Shown here: piece after piece, positions 11,762 to 23,445 of the stretch
How the letters are laid out: the number at the start of each line of letters is the position of its first letter
Position numbering within the stretch: position 1 is the first letter of the stretch
Origin: Spirogloea muscicola
Taxonomy: Eukaryota
Direction: 5' to 3'
Length of the DNA: 49,023 nt
Assembly: GCA_009602725.1 (NCBI GenBank)
Contig: WELB01000019.1
Coordinates: 383,982 to 433,004, forward strand
The notes under the pieces: generated by a model
The model's input: only the letters and a program-made list of their open reading frames with translations
Database searches by the model: none
What the model was told of the DNA's origin: nothing
Translations under genes and position numbers: made by a program

Positions 11762-14094
11762 CCGACGACGACGACGACGACGACGACAGCCAGCTCCTGG
11801 ACATGCTGGTGGCGTCGATGCGCAGGGAGCTCGCCGCCGAGGCGGCCGGGCCCTCCAGGTGCGTGACCACGCTTCTTGAGACCGCGGTTCGAGTCTGGAG
11901 AAGGGCGGGCGCGACTTCACCCCCGCCTCATCGTGTTTGGCGGTCTCGTCTATCAGCGTAGAGGCCGTGCGCTGACCATTCTAGTCGACTGAGCTCAGTG
12001 GCTCAGTATCCTACTTACGGAACCTCAAGCCCCATCCTGGCAAACGGGCCCGTCGCCCATGTGTTCGTCAGCTAAGATGTCTCCTTCAGGAGCTCTTTTC
12101 GCCAGGAGCTCTTTGTGTCTATACCCTAAATCCTAACCTATTGAATAGCGACCTTTATGTGTTGGCCCGTTATTAGTGAGCGGGTCAATTTGCAGTTGGT
12201 AATGTACGTCGTCATATGTGCTTCCCTTCGTACTTGGCCACTTCGGCCTTATTCTTAAGTACACAAAAGCCCTTCTTGTTGGCTCCTTTTTGATGTCTAC
12301 CTGCTTCTGCTATAACCAAGGGGTCACATTGGCGTGCTAGCTTGATTGGAAGAGATGTTTCACATCCACTTCATGCCCTTACCACTTAGTCAAGCTTCAT
12401 TCGTAGGAATGAGCAAGACCCACTAGGCATTCGTCACTAATCGAATGCTGTGACCTTGTGACCATGCAGGGCTGAGGGCATTGTGGAAGATCCTCCCGTA
12501 GCCTCTGCAACCATGGGGAATGTCCACAATGACAGAAGGTCCTCCGTTGTGCTGCTCAATTTCCATTGGACCATGCAAACTTGATATATAAGGTCGACTA
12601 CACAAAGCAGTGCAACCATGGTTTATAAGGCTCAAATCAGAAAGTTTGTCATTGGAATGGTTCCACCTTGTTTCTACCAGATGCATTCAGAGACTATGTC
12701 TCTGGCATGGATATTTGAAGACGAGGCACAAACTATGACACTCATACCATCCATGTTACCCACAGAGACCCATCTACAAAAGAAGGAGAAAGGGCAGAGA
12801 AAACTCCCGAAGGCGAGGAAATACGATGGGCACCTGATACAGGCTTGCCACTGGCTTTGAAAGTGGAGGGCGGGGCCATACCAGGGCAACTGCCAGGCAC
12901 AACCTGGAAGGCAGATCCTACGGAACAGATGAAATTTGAGCTTCAGAAGAACCTGGAGCAGCTGGCAACTGTGCCGTCCGTGGAGAGCAGAAAGGCAGCC
13001 AGGGCCATGCGAAAGCAGGCTCCAACAACTGCTGGACCCAAGTGGTAAGTTATACTCTGAACGATTGCTTAGATAACCTGCTTTCATCCTGTTCTGTCTG
13101 GTTGGACTTTTTGGTTGAAGACAGGAGTTGGCTTGTGCCTTGCATAGATGTTCCTGCGATGCTTGTCTAAAGCATCGCATACGAAGCAGGTTTGATCTGC
13201 CAGCAACTACGATAACTCCGGATATGAAGCAAGAGCTACGTCTCCTCAAGGTTAGTCGACATGGGACGGAAGGGGACTGTATGATCACTGTTTACACAAC
13301 TTTGATAGAAAGTACAAAACGATGAGATACTATGCAAGCTCATACAGATATGCAAGCGCAAGCCTGCTTAAGCTTGCATGTCTGTTACCTTTTTCATAAC
13401 ACCATACTGATCAATTGTAGTACCTTCTGAGAAAGCACACGTCGTAAGTTGATATAGAGTTGTCCCTGCCTTGGTACTAATGGACCACATATCGTGTTCT
13501 GCAGCTACGTACTGTACTGGATCCAAAGCGTCACTATCGGGCTCCTGATACAACAAAATTTCCAAAGCACTTCCAGGTACAAGCAGCATATGCCTACCTG
13601 CAGTTGCCAGAGCTTTAGCCGGTGTCTGGCTTGGCCTGTAACCCAGCAGGACACGCTGCAAGGCAAAAGGATGAGAGTCTGTTGTTTCAATGATATTTGT
13701 GCAGATAGGGACTGTCGTGGAGGGTCCAGCTGACTTCTACTCAGGCCGCCTCTCCAAGAAGGAGCGCAAGCAAAGCTTTGGTGCTGAGCTTCTTGCAGAT
13801 CCAGGGCTAAAACAATACAGGTGCTGTGACAGTCAGAAATATCACAATTGATTTCACCCACTTTCATCCACAATACTTCTTTTGGCCTCCTTTTGCATGT
13901 TGTACTTACGAGCACTCCAGGGGGCACATGCTTAGGCGGCTGCAGCAGTGGGGTCCCCAGACTGAAGGGTGATATGTGTCTGTGAGCACAGGAAGAGAAA
14001 GTACGAGGAAATACAGCAGCAGAAGCAGTCAGGAGGGAAAGGATTCTGGCGAGCCAAGAAAAACAAGCAGAAACCCAGGTGGGCGAGAACATAG
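11530..14094 (+). CDS. FCF2: Fcf2 pre-rRNA processing protein (DNTTIP2/Fcf2 family)
   Basis: Acidic N-terminal exon, then TTAGPKW/FDLPATTITPDMKQELRLLK/LRTVLDPKRHYR..FPKHFQ/IGTVVEGPADFYSGRLSKKERKQSFGAELLAD/RKRKYEEIQ. Stop at 14092-14094. Exon structure between 11860 and 12900 is uncertain. Confidence 0.88.
11700..11787 (+). repeat. Coding (GACGGC)n/(GAC)n low-complexity repeat (Asp-Gly and poly-Asp)
   Basis: Directly visible tandem hexamers and trimers in FCF2 exon 1. Confidence 0.85.
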
Positions 14095-14974
14095 ATCACC
14101 GGTGCAGATAAAATGAAATATTTTCATCTTACGTTATACCACAGCTCCTGTATAAGGTGCTGATTGGCCTTGTTGCGAAATAAGGCCTTATTCCGCAACA
14201 TTTTCCAGCTGTACTTTGGCTGTGTACTGCAATCATGACAGAAGGGGGTCCAGTCTTCGAGTATATCTGAGCAGTCGTTTGAGCATTGTTGATAAGCTCA
14301 GTACTTGACTTGACTGTCAACAGTACGGGTTGGCCACCAACAGTCACCAGCTTTCTACAGGAGCCACAGTCTTTGTCTAGAGCTCGCGATAAGCTATGAT
14401 CCAAGGTGCAGGACTTGGGGCCCGATCCCTGCCCGTCCTCAGTTCGTATTGCGTGACTGGAATGTGGGCTTTGACAGCCCAATCCACACAATCCGCACGG
14501 AGGGGTCCTTTGCAGGCACTGGAGTTGTGGTCCCATCTGCTGTTGACTGGCCCAAGGTTCCATTTGGGCTGGCCTGTCACAGCAAATCGACTCTAGCCCT
14601 CATATGCGAACCGTGGCACTGAGCGGGTCAGCTTAGTAGCATGCAATGCACGTGTAGACGTGCTTGTCTTCGTGCTTCGACGGTGAGGCCCTCCATTGCT
14701 CAATGCACTATTGTACCCCCCTTAAGAGTACATCGTTCAGGCAAAAGCTAGTGCAAATAGTGGGGCTACATGATGCGAAGCCCCATGCCAAGGTGGCCAA
14801 GGTAACCCGTGTAACGTTAGTGAGAATTAAGACAGTAAGAACCTATAAGCATAAGCTTCTCTCATGTTGGTAAAAGAAGACCGACAACGTTAATTCACAA
14901 TCTCGCGTCGGAGGATCGACTCCGCGGCGCTGCAGTGGTGCCGCCCGCGCGCCGCGGCGGCGGCGGCGGCGGCC

Positions 14975-17894
14975 ATGGCTGACTTCGAGTCGTCGTCGCA
15001 GCGCCAGCGGTGGCTGCTGCCGGCGGCGGAACTGGTGAGGGCCCGCCCGCTCGTACCTCGGCCGCTGCAGCAGTGGAGCCGTCCTTGGCAGTCCATCGCC
15101 GAGCGACAGCCACGCCGAGCGTCCAGCGAGCTGCGGCGGAGGCGGCCACCAGCTGACCCGAGCCGTGGCCCGTCGCTGCGGGAAACGCAGGAGGCCCGCC
15201 GCGCCGCCTGCAATCAGCGAGCCGTGGAGTCGCTGCACAAGGCGAGCATCTCAGTGTGCCAGGCCGGCTTGCTGACCATCGCTCAAGGCTGGACGCTGCA
15301 AGGCGCTCTGGAGGGCCTTCCGGCGGATTCCTGCGCGGCTGAGCGCGCAGCGGCTTGGCATACGCTGCGGCGCTGCAGTATGGGACGACGAAGAAGGAAG
15401 TGCCCCCCGATGGATCGAATGCTGAGGAGATGCCAATGGAGGAGTCCGCGCGAGGTAGCCCCTGTACACCTGTGAGATGTCTGCGATACTAAGGATACTA
15501 AGGACATTCTTCTTCTTCTGATACTAAAGATGTCATAGGAAGCGATTGAAGCGGTCAGAAGATAAGCTGATGAGTTCGGGGATATGCGAGACACTTCGTG
15601 ACTGCAGGCCAGATTGTCGTTGCTAACTCTTGCTTCACTTGCAGCAGCTGCTCTGGACACCTCCGGTCCTCTTCCAGAGGCCCTGACCGTGGAGGAAGAG
15701 GTCCTCATTCTGCGGTATTACGAGCACAAGATTCAGCAGGTCTGCGGGGCCTTCAACTTTCCGAATAAGATCCAGGTAAGATCTGAAACAGGAAAGCCAT
15801 GACTTGCTGAGAAGTCTGACAGAGGTGGAGATTGTTGCTCCAGCCCTCCAGCATGTGAAGCTTGTGCACTGCATTGGACACCTCTACTTGAGGAGTCTAC
15901 ACTTCACTCATGAAGGCAGACCTTTGGCACAGGCGACGGCCATCATGTACCTGAAGAGATTCTACCTGCGATGGTCGACCATGGAGCATGATCCCAAGCA
16001 CATTATGTGAGCAGGTTGAGCAACCTGTGATGGATACTGTCACCTTTATCACCAGTCAGTGCCAGCTTGTTCTCAGTACAGTACTTCGAGGTGGTCCAGT
16101 CTACTCTTTCAACCCCTGTTAAACTTCTTATCTGTTCATCTTCTTCAATGTTGCTGTGGCAGGCTGACATGTGTGTACCTGGCTTGCAAAGTTGAAGAGT
16201 TCCATGTGTCTGCGGAGGAGTTTGGCAAGGGTATTCAGCAGGATCCTCAAGTGGTGCTCAAAAACGAGCTGACTGTTCTCCAGGTAGCTCACGATGATCG
16301 TTTGGATTATTAGAGGAGAATGCTCACTTGTAGCCAAATCACAACTTGCATATGCTTTCTTGGCAGCATAGACAGAATAACTCTGATGGGCACTCATTCT
16401 GCAGTTGGACCACTTTCTTCTTGTGCAGGGCCTATGCTTCGAGTTGATCATCTATGCTCCATATCGCTCGTTGGAGGGACTTTTGCTTGACTATGAGGTT
16501 GGCAAGCTTGAACTTACTCATCTGCCAAGCAGTGCAATCGTCTTGAACCTCATGTCTTGGCTGCAAATACAACCACCTGACCCTTCAGCCAAGCTCTTGA
16601 CTTACAGCTTCTGTGCATGCAGGCCTCAACCACTGGCCAGGAGTTGACACTCTCGGCAGAGAAGCTGCAGGCAAGCACTTCCTTCGTTTACTTACAGTTT
16701 TGCAGCTTCATACATCATTCATACATGGCAGGCATGACACATCTCTTTAGAAATACAGAGTTTTTCTGTTTTGCACTGAAGGACATGATTAGGAAGTTCC
16801 TTCTGACCGGCAGATAAGCAGTACTGATTGGCGTTCTGGTCGTGCAGGAGCTCAGCCAAGCAGGGCGATTTGCAGCTGACAAAATAATGTTAACAGATGC
16901 TCCTCTCATGTATTCCCCTGGCAAGGTAGCGCCTCCTTCCAACTCCAGCATAAAGACTGCTAGACAACAATATAACATATTTTCCTATAATGCGTTTGCC
17001 ACTAGGGTTGTCAGAACCTCAGTTGATTATGCTTCAGAGTTGCATAAGCCTGAATATAACGGTGCTGCTAATGGCACATAATTGCTCCCCTCACTCAGAG
17101 CTGCTTCTCCTATGGCTGACATAATTTAGGTTATTAAGGATGGTTTGTTCCAACTTGTGTATTTTGTCTACTAGCTTGCAGTGGCAGCTCTTTGGAGCTC
17201 CTGCCGAGATCGTGGAGAGTCTGTATTTGAAAAGTGAGTCCTGAGCAACAATGTCTTCGTTGAAGCATGTTGCACTTGGCACTTGAGCTGGCTCCCCAGC
17301 CTTACTATCAGGTTGTGGTCAAATTGTAGCACAACGTGACAGGTGAATTCAGAGCTCATACTTGGCGTGCTTGCAGGTACTTGAAGAGCCTCATTGGTCG
17401 GCGAAAGGAAGGGCCACAAGTTTCTGAGTACATGGCCAACTTAGACGCCATTGTTCTCCAGGTACAATATCAATTAATCCATGCTCTTGTCATAGAAGGT
17501 TAGAAGTTGAACAGTTTAAGTATTGCTGCATTGCTAATGGGGGACAGTATTGCAGCAGTACTATTGTCTATCATAATGAGGACTCATCCTCCTGGAAGAG
17601 GAGGTCTGCAGCAGCATGATGGTGTGGTGGACTTTTTGCGGTGGTGTGAAGGTCGCAGGAGTTGCTAAGGTAGACGAGGGAGAGGTCAGACGAATTGATC
17701 GGAAACTGAAGTACTGCCGAAACCCAAGCCTGTTTCAAGACGAGTAAGTGAAGTAAACAATATACTCTCATTTTGCCATAACACTGCCTGTTCTTCATTT
17801 CCCAGACCTCTTGATTATGGGCTCCTTCCTGCCCTGGCAGGCAGGCCAAGCGGGGCAAGAAGGACAAAAACAGGACAAAGCGATCTTCCCATGA
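14975..17894 (+). CDS. CYCH: Cyclin H (CAK/TFIIH cyclin)
   Basis: [13 protein letters not shown]..., [71 protein letters not shown], and [12 protein letters not shown]. Probable stop at 17892-17894; the 3' exons are less certain. Confidence 0.93.
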
Positions 17895-19137
17895 CATGTC
17901 CACCCAGCGAGATGCCTCTGCTGGGTGAGCACTTCAACCTTTACTATAGTTCACTCCCTTCACATTCCGTATGTCGATTCATCTGCTGCTTGAGCACTTT
18001 CAACCTTCATCACTTTTCACTACCACTAGATTCTGCATGTCCAAGCAAATTGCAGCTTGTTGCAGAGGATGGCCATCGAGGAGATCGTACATCCTTGTGC
18101 TTCGCATTGACGCCTGTTTCCTGAAGTGCCCCTGATTGCAGGGAAGATCGTGCACTTCCACAGGCAAAGCGCCGGCAAAGTGCAGATATCATGCTATCCT
18201 GAGCAGCCTTCCAGTTCCCATGGATGCAGAGGCTACTGCTGCGCTTAGCACCCATTTTTGCTTTTCATGAGTTGTATAGGCCTCGACCTTTCTTGCGGTA
18301 CCTGCAAGTACTGCTCTGATGAAAGTGCTCGCATCTCCATCTCTCGGTTGCCAGCTGCTGTCAGTACTTTGAAGTCCGAAGTTGCACACAATCTGATTGC
18401 AACAATCGGTTGAGAAGCCGCTGCTTGGATGTTGGGCAACATATACTTTGGGAGTACATTGCGCGTTATGGCACTCGCTGGCTGGCAATTTACTTCAGCC
18501 AGATATGTTGGAGAAGCGCGCCTTGCTGGCATTGACACGCCACGTTCATGGCAAACCACTGCCGCGGTACGGTGATTGGGCTGGGACGTGCCAGCTCTGG
18601 CCTGTGCTTGCGGCACAGGAACCTTTGTGGACTCATGGCTGGCATAGACCGGCAGGCTGCTACCGCTGGAGGTGGCTACCGACCTTGCACCGTGACTGCA
18701 GTTTGCAGGAGTGCCAAGGGCAGCTCGGTTGCCGCTACAGGAGAAACTCTCACTGATGATGATAATGATAAAGCCAAAGATTAAGAGACAGAGACAATGG
18801 CCTGCCTCAGTCTCGCCGCATCAATTGCGCTAGCCATCAGAGCTGCCCACCTTGGGAACACGGCACTCTGATGTCGGCAGGCAATTGAGAGGGAGGTGGT
18901 CCTGCCATGGAAAGGGCAGTGGCTGTAAATGGCCAGCCTCAGAGACAGAACACGGCTGCTGAAATCAAGGGGCAGCTGTGCAAGCCAGCCGAGTGCTCAC
19001 AGCATGACTTTGGAGTGCGTTAACAGTACACGGCCCGCAGGCTGGGCAGGTAGGGCCTCTAATAAGCAATAGGAGTCAGATGAGCTGAGGGAAGAAAAAG
19101 GTGCTGCAGGTCTCCAGTTGTGGACACGATGTACCAT

Positions 19138-19366
19138 TGAGACAAAGCGCGGTGTGCGCATGAAATTAGAAAGAGAGGCCAATTCAAGCCTTACACAAGT
19201 CCTGATAACGGGGTAATGAGCTGGCTAAGGGGGGACACTAGCATCCTCGAGTGAGCACATACATATCTGACTAGCTAAGCTGAGGAGCCAGACCACCACC
19301 ACGGAAGCCATCAGCCTGGCCTAGTGCACGCCCAGCACGCTGGTGTATTGCGAGTGCCTTGAGAAC
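19138..19366 (-). mobile_element. 5'-truncated remnant (ORF end plus 3' UTR) of a REL-type non-LTR retrotransposon
   Basis: Colinear homology with 31092-31266 plus 31444-31492. The minus strand encodes ALAIHQRAGRALGQADGFRGGGLAPQLS*SDMYVLTRGC*. Confidence 0.75.
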
Positions 19367-19660
19367 GGGCTGTGCTTGGATTGGGTTAGAAACGAATGAA
19401 AGGTAAACACAATCGAAAGGGGTAGAACGTTTGATGGGAAGCTACCATCCACGGCGTTAGCGGCAATTAGGCATTGATTGGAAGGTACTCCCCAAGCCGT
19501 CGGTCCTCAGTGCCATACCTGCGCCGGCGCCGGCGCCGTCGCCGCCGCCGCCGTCGCCGCCGCCGCCGCTGTNCGGCGGCGGCGACGGCCGCTTGACGAG
19601 TACGAGATGGCTGACCCCTGGCTCGCGGCGTGGCTGGCGCTGAGCCGGCGGGGCGCGCAG

Positions 19661-22600
19661 AGTACCACCTGGGGCAGCTCAAGGCCAAGCTCGCGAAGCT
19701 GCGCACGCAGCTGCTGGAGCCGCCCAAGGTTGACGGCAATCCACGCCGACGTTAACGTCGCCGCCTTCATGTAGCTCAGGCCGCAGCGGCAGCGCTTAGC
19801 TTGAGCTGCTGCAAGTCGTGGCCTTCCTGTGAGGCCACTGGCCGCCAGCGAGCGTCCATGCAACTCATCTAGCGCTGCGGCAATGGCGGTGGCTGTACTG
19901 CCGTGCTGCCAGGGCGCAGCGGGGGCGGGCGAGGGCTTCGAGGTGACCAAGTTCGGGCACGGGCGCGTCGCGCTCATCGGCTTCCCCAGGTGACTGGCCG
20001 CGGCTCGGCCGCGCCCCTTGCGGCGCTCTGCACGCCACAGTCACTTTGGTTGCTTGCACGTCGTCTCGCATGCTCGTTGCGGGCATGATGCCGAGGAATG
20101 GCTTGACATGCGAGGAAGCTTCAAGTTCCTGGCTGCAGCTTCAAGGAAACCCCAAACCCCACACCCCAAACCCCAAATCCCAAACCCCAGACCCCAAAAC
20201 CCTTTGATTGTGTAGCATGTTGTATCTGTGTTGCAGTCAAAATGGTTGCATTTCTTAGGCAAGACTAGCTGTTGTGACCGGAGCTCTCCAAAGCTTCTTG
20301 AGGATGTGGGTTTGGGCAAAGGACGCTTGCCCAGCGACCGCCGTCCAGCGACCTCTGCGTTGGCTGAGCCCGTTTGGCGCGTGCGCGCCACTCGCCGCTG
20401 TGTGCGGGCCAGCGTGGGGAAGTCGACGCTGCTCACGATGCTCACCGGGACGCAGTCGGAGGCAGCGGCCTACGAGTTCACGACGCTGACGTGCATCCCG
20501 GGCATCATCCACTACAACGACGCCAAGATCCAGCTGCTGGACCTCCCGGGTATTATCGAGGGTGCCTCCGAAGGCAAGGGCCGGGGAAGGCAGGTGCGCT
20601 TACTGCATGGCACTTACACCAACTTCCTGGGATCCTTGACTTGCCTAGACAACATAAGTCATCTGTTTTTGACAGAGGCTCTGTCAACGTCATCACCCTG
20701 CTAGTAGGCAAGCTTCGGCAGGAGCTGTGCTGCCAGAACTGGTGTTAACGAGCATCTGCAAGCAAGAAATTCAGCAATTGAGCACAATCTAATCTTTAGG
20801 CCTCCATGACTTACTTTTACACACTCTCCTGCTGCAAGTGTTTTGGCGTGCCACCAATTTGAGGCACCCGTCTGGCCTCACGTCTGCAGCTTGTGCGCAG
20901 GTCATTGCGGTCGCCAAGTCCTCCGACCTGGTGCTGATGGTGCTAGATGCATCGAGGGTACTTGCGGCTACCATCCCCTTGGAGCCTTGAGTGTTGGTTA
21001 TTGGCGGCCGAGTGGGTGGTTAAGTCCTGGCCTCTCAATGGCCTAACATTCGTCCTCGTGATCATGAGCTGCAATCACGCATATTCATCTTACTGGGGCT
21101 GACTCACTGCATGTATTGGTCACTGTCAGAGCGAAGGCCATCGGCAGATATTGACAAAGGAGCTCGAATCTGTGGGCCTGCGGCTCAACAAACGGCCTCC
21201 TCAGGTGGTGTTGGCTGCTTTTGTACATCAGTTAAAGTTTTCTATAATGTTTGGTTGGTCTTTCATGACAAGCTAATGCTCATATTACCAACCTTTCAAT
21301 ACTCTTCTCAGATATACTTCAAGAGGAAGAAGACCGGCGGCATCTCCTTCAACTCCACAGCCTCCTTGACGCACGTTGATGAGAAGCTCTGCTATCAGAT
21401 CCTGCATGAATACAGAATACATAATGCTGAGGTTTGGAGCCACACACTGCTGAAAAGCTCGCATACTAGGGGGCATGACAGACTGGGCCGTTCATTGCAC
21501 TTGTGAGTCCAATAGAAGGGCTTGCCTGGTCCGGATACTAGCCAGAGATGAAAATCAAGGGCAGGAGCATGGCGCGCTCATCTTAAGCAAGCGAGCTATG
21601 CATGCTGATGCAGAAATGGTTGCAGGTTTTGTTTAGGGAGGATGCGACTGTTGATGACTTCATTGATGTCATAGAGGGCAATCGAAAGTACATCAAGTGC
21701 GTATACGTCTACAATAAGATAGACGTTGTGGGTATTGACGACGTCGACAGGCTCGCTCGGCAAGACCACTCAGTAGTCATCAGCTGCAACCTTAAGGTAT
21801 GTCTTCATCAAACAGATCAAGTGGGCTTGCTCTCTTCACATGATTGATTAGGTGCAGGTCATGGAGACAGAGAGCACCTCATCTGCATGTAATTAAAATG
21901 TCATTTAAGTGACTGATTCAGAGGAGGGTTCTTCAGTGCAGTTAAATCTGGACAGGCTGCTGGCTCGCATGTGGGAAGAGATGGGGCTTGTTCGAGTGTA
22001 CACAAAGCCACAAGGCTCTCAGCCGGACTTCTCTGAGCCTGTGGTGCTGTCCACGGTACTTGCTTCAGATCCCCTATCATACATGAGCGCCATGCAGAAG
22101 AGTGCTTGACAGCAGGTCATTAGGATTTTAAAGAGGGCTATGTCTTGAAGCACCTAACCTTATCATCACGCCTCTTCAGCACCTATGTACACATGAGCTT
22201 GTTGACCTGAGTATTTGCTTGTTGTATTGTATGTAGAAGAGCTTGGTCACATTGTAGACTTGTCATTGCTGGTATGTGACGGCTGGCAGTCTTGTTCCTG
22301 GGGATTCGCTGAATAAGTATGAAGCAAATGCAGGACCGTGGTGGGTGCACAGTTGAAGACTTCTGCAACCACATCCATAGAAGTTTGCTGAAGGACATCA
22401 AGTACGTGCTTTGCTGGGGAGTGAGCGCCAAGCACTACCCCCAGCGGTGCGGGACGAGCCATTTACTCCTCGATGAGGATGTCGTTCAGATTGTGAAGAA
22501 GAAGGTAAGGAGGTGCTATTTTGTACTGTGCACTAATGCACCTGTGCAATGTCACCAGCTGTAAGTACACCTCGTAAAGTGGCCTAGTAGCATTTTTGCT

Positions 22601-22774
22601 ATGACTGTGCTCTTAGCAATCAAGCAAGATCAACATTGGCGCTCAAACTCAGTCTCTGGTAATTTGGTTGATCAGGAAAAGGAAGAGGATGGGGGACGGG
22701 GACGTTTCAAGTCACATACTTCAGGGCCAGATAGAATATCTGATCGAGTGAAGAAGGCGCCTTTGAAACAATAA
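19661..22774 (+). CDS. DRG2: Developmentally regulated GTP-binding protein (DRG2-type), first exon missing at assembly break n19574
   Basis: [23 protein letters not shown]1 GFPSVGKST, G2 YEFTTL, G3 DLPG, G4 NKID and TGS domain RVYTKP...[14 protein letters not shown]. Stop at 22772-22774. Confidence 0.93.
20147..20203. repeat. (AAACCCC)n heptamer tandem repeat (telomere-variant-like) in a DRG intron
   Basis: About 8 imperfect AAACCCC units ending in AAACCCT. Confidence 0.85.
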
Positions 22775-23445
22775 GCTATGGCATGCAGTTATGCACTTAC
22801 GCCATGACAAACAAAAAATGATATTTGTTTGCTGCCATTGTTTTCATGTGCAGTACACACTGCTTGTAGTGCTCGTCTTGTTGACATCTGACACAAGTCT
22901 TGCATCGGTCAGGAGAGATGAAAGGCCACAGGAAGAGAAGGCAAGATGAACGACCGAGCATGCATTCAGAACCGCACACTCAAAGAGGGGACTTGTAATG
23001 TTGTTCCACGCAGCACAGATCACATGCGAGTTTGCAGATGTCGAATGGTCAAAATTGATTAAGAACAAAACAGGATTGTATTGTACATGTGCAAATTGTG
23101 TGCACATTCGGCCGCCACCATGAAGGATGCGTAACAGGCCAGCCTGAGGCTCTGCTCTAAAGGACCCCAGATTTGCCTGCTTGCTCGTGTAACCCCACTT
23201 AGCTCGAAGACAATGTAGCCAAGGACTGAGAGCTAACAAGAAGCTAAGGTAAAATGGATTGACTTCAATGCTGCTGGAGCACAGCAACTAATCTCAATGC
23301 CACTTCTAAGCTTGTCAGCCTTTGATATGGTCAGTAAGCAGTGGCCTCTGCAATGCTTATTCAAGGGGAAGCCGTTCCTTTGCATTGCGAACCTCAAAGG
23401 CAGTCCCAGCAGCTGATGTCTGGGAAGGGGCAATCCTGAGGGCAG

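Noticed and set aside
11880..11900. tRNA B-box-like GGTTCGAGTC
   Set aside because: No cloverleaf, A-box or proper T-stem is present.
11412..11920. Poly-Arg/Ser/Pro ORFs here and at 6469-6834, 19467-19977 and 25390-26250
   Set aside because: They are shadow frames of GC-rich triplet repeats or real exons.
19137..19364. TTGAGA as a TSD for the 19-kb REL remnant
   Set aside because: Both occurrences align to element-internal sequence in the 31-kb paralog.
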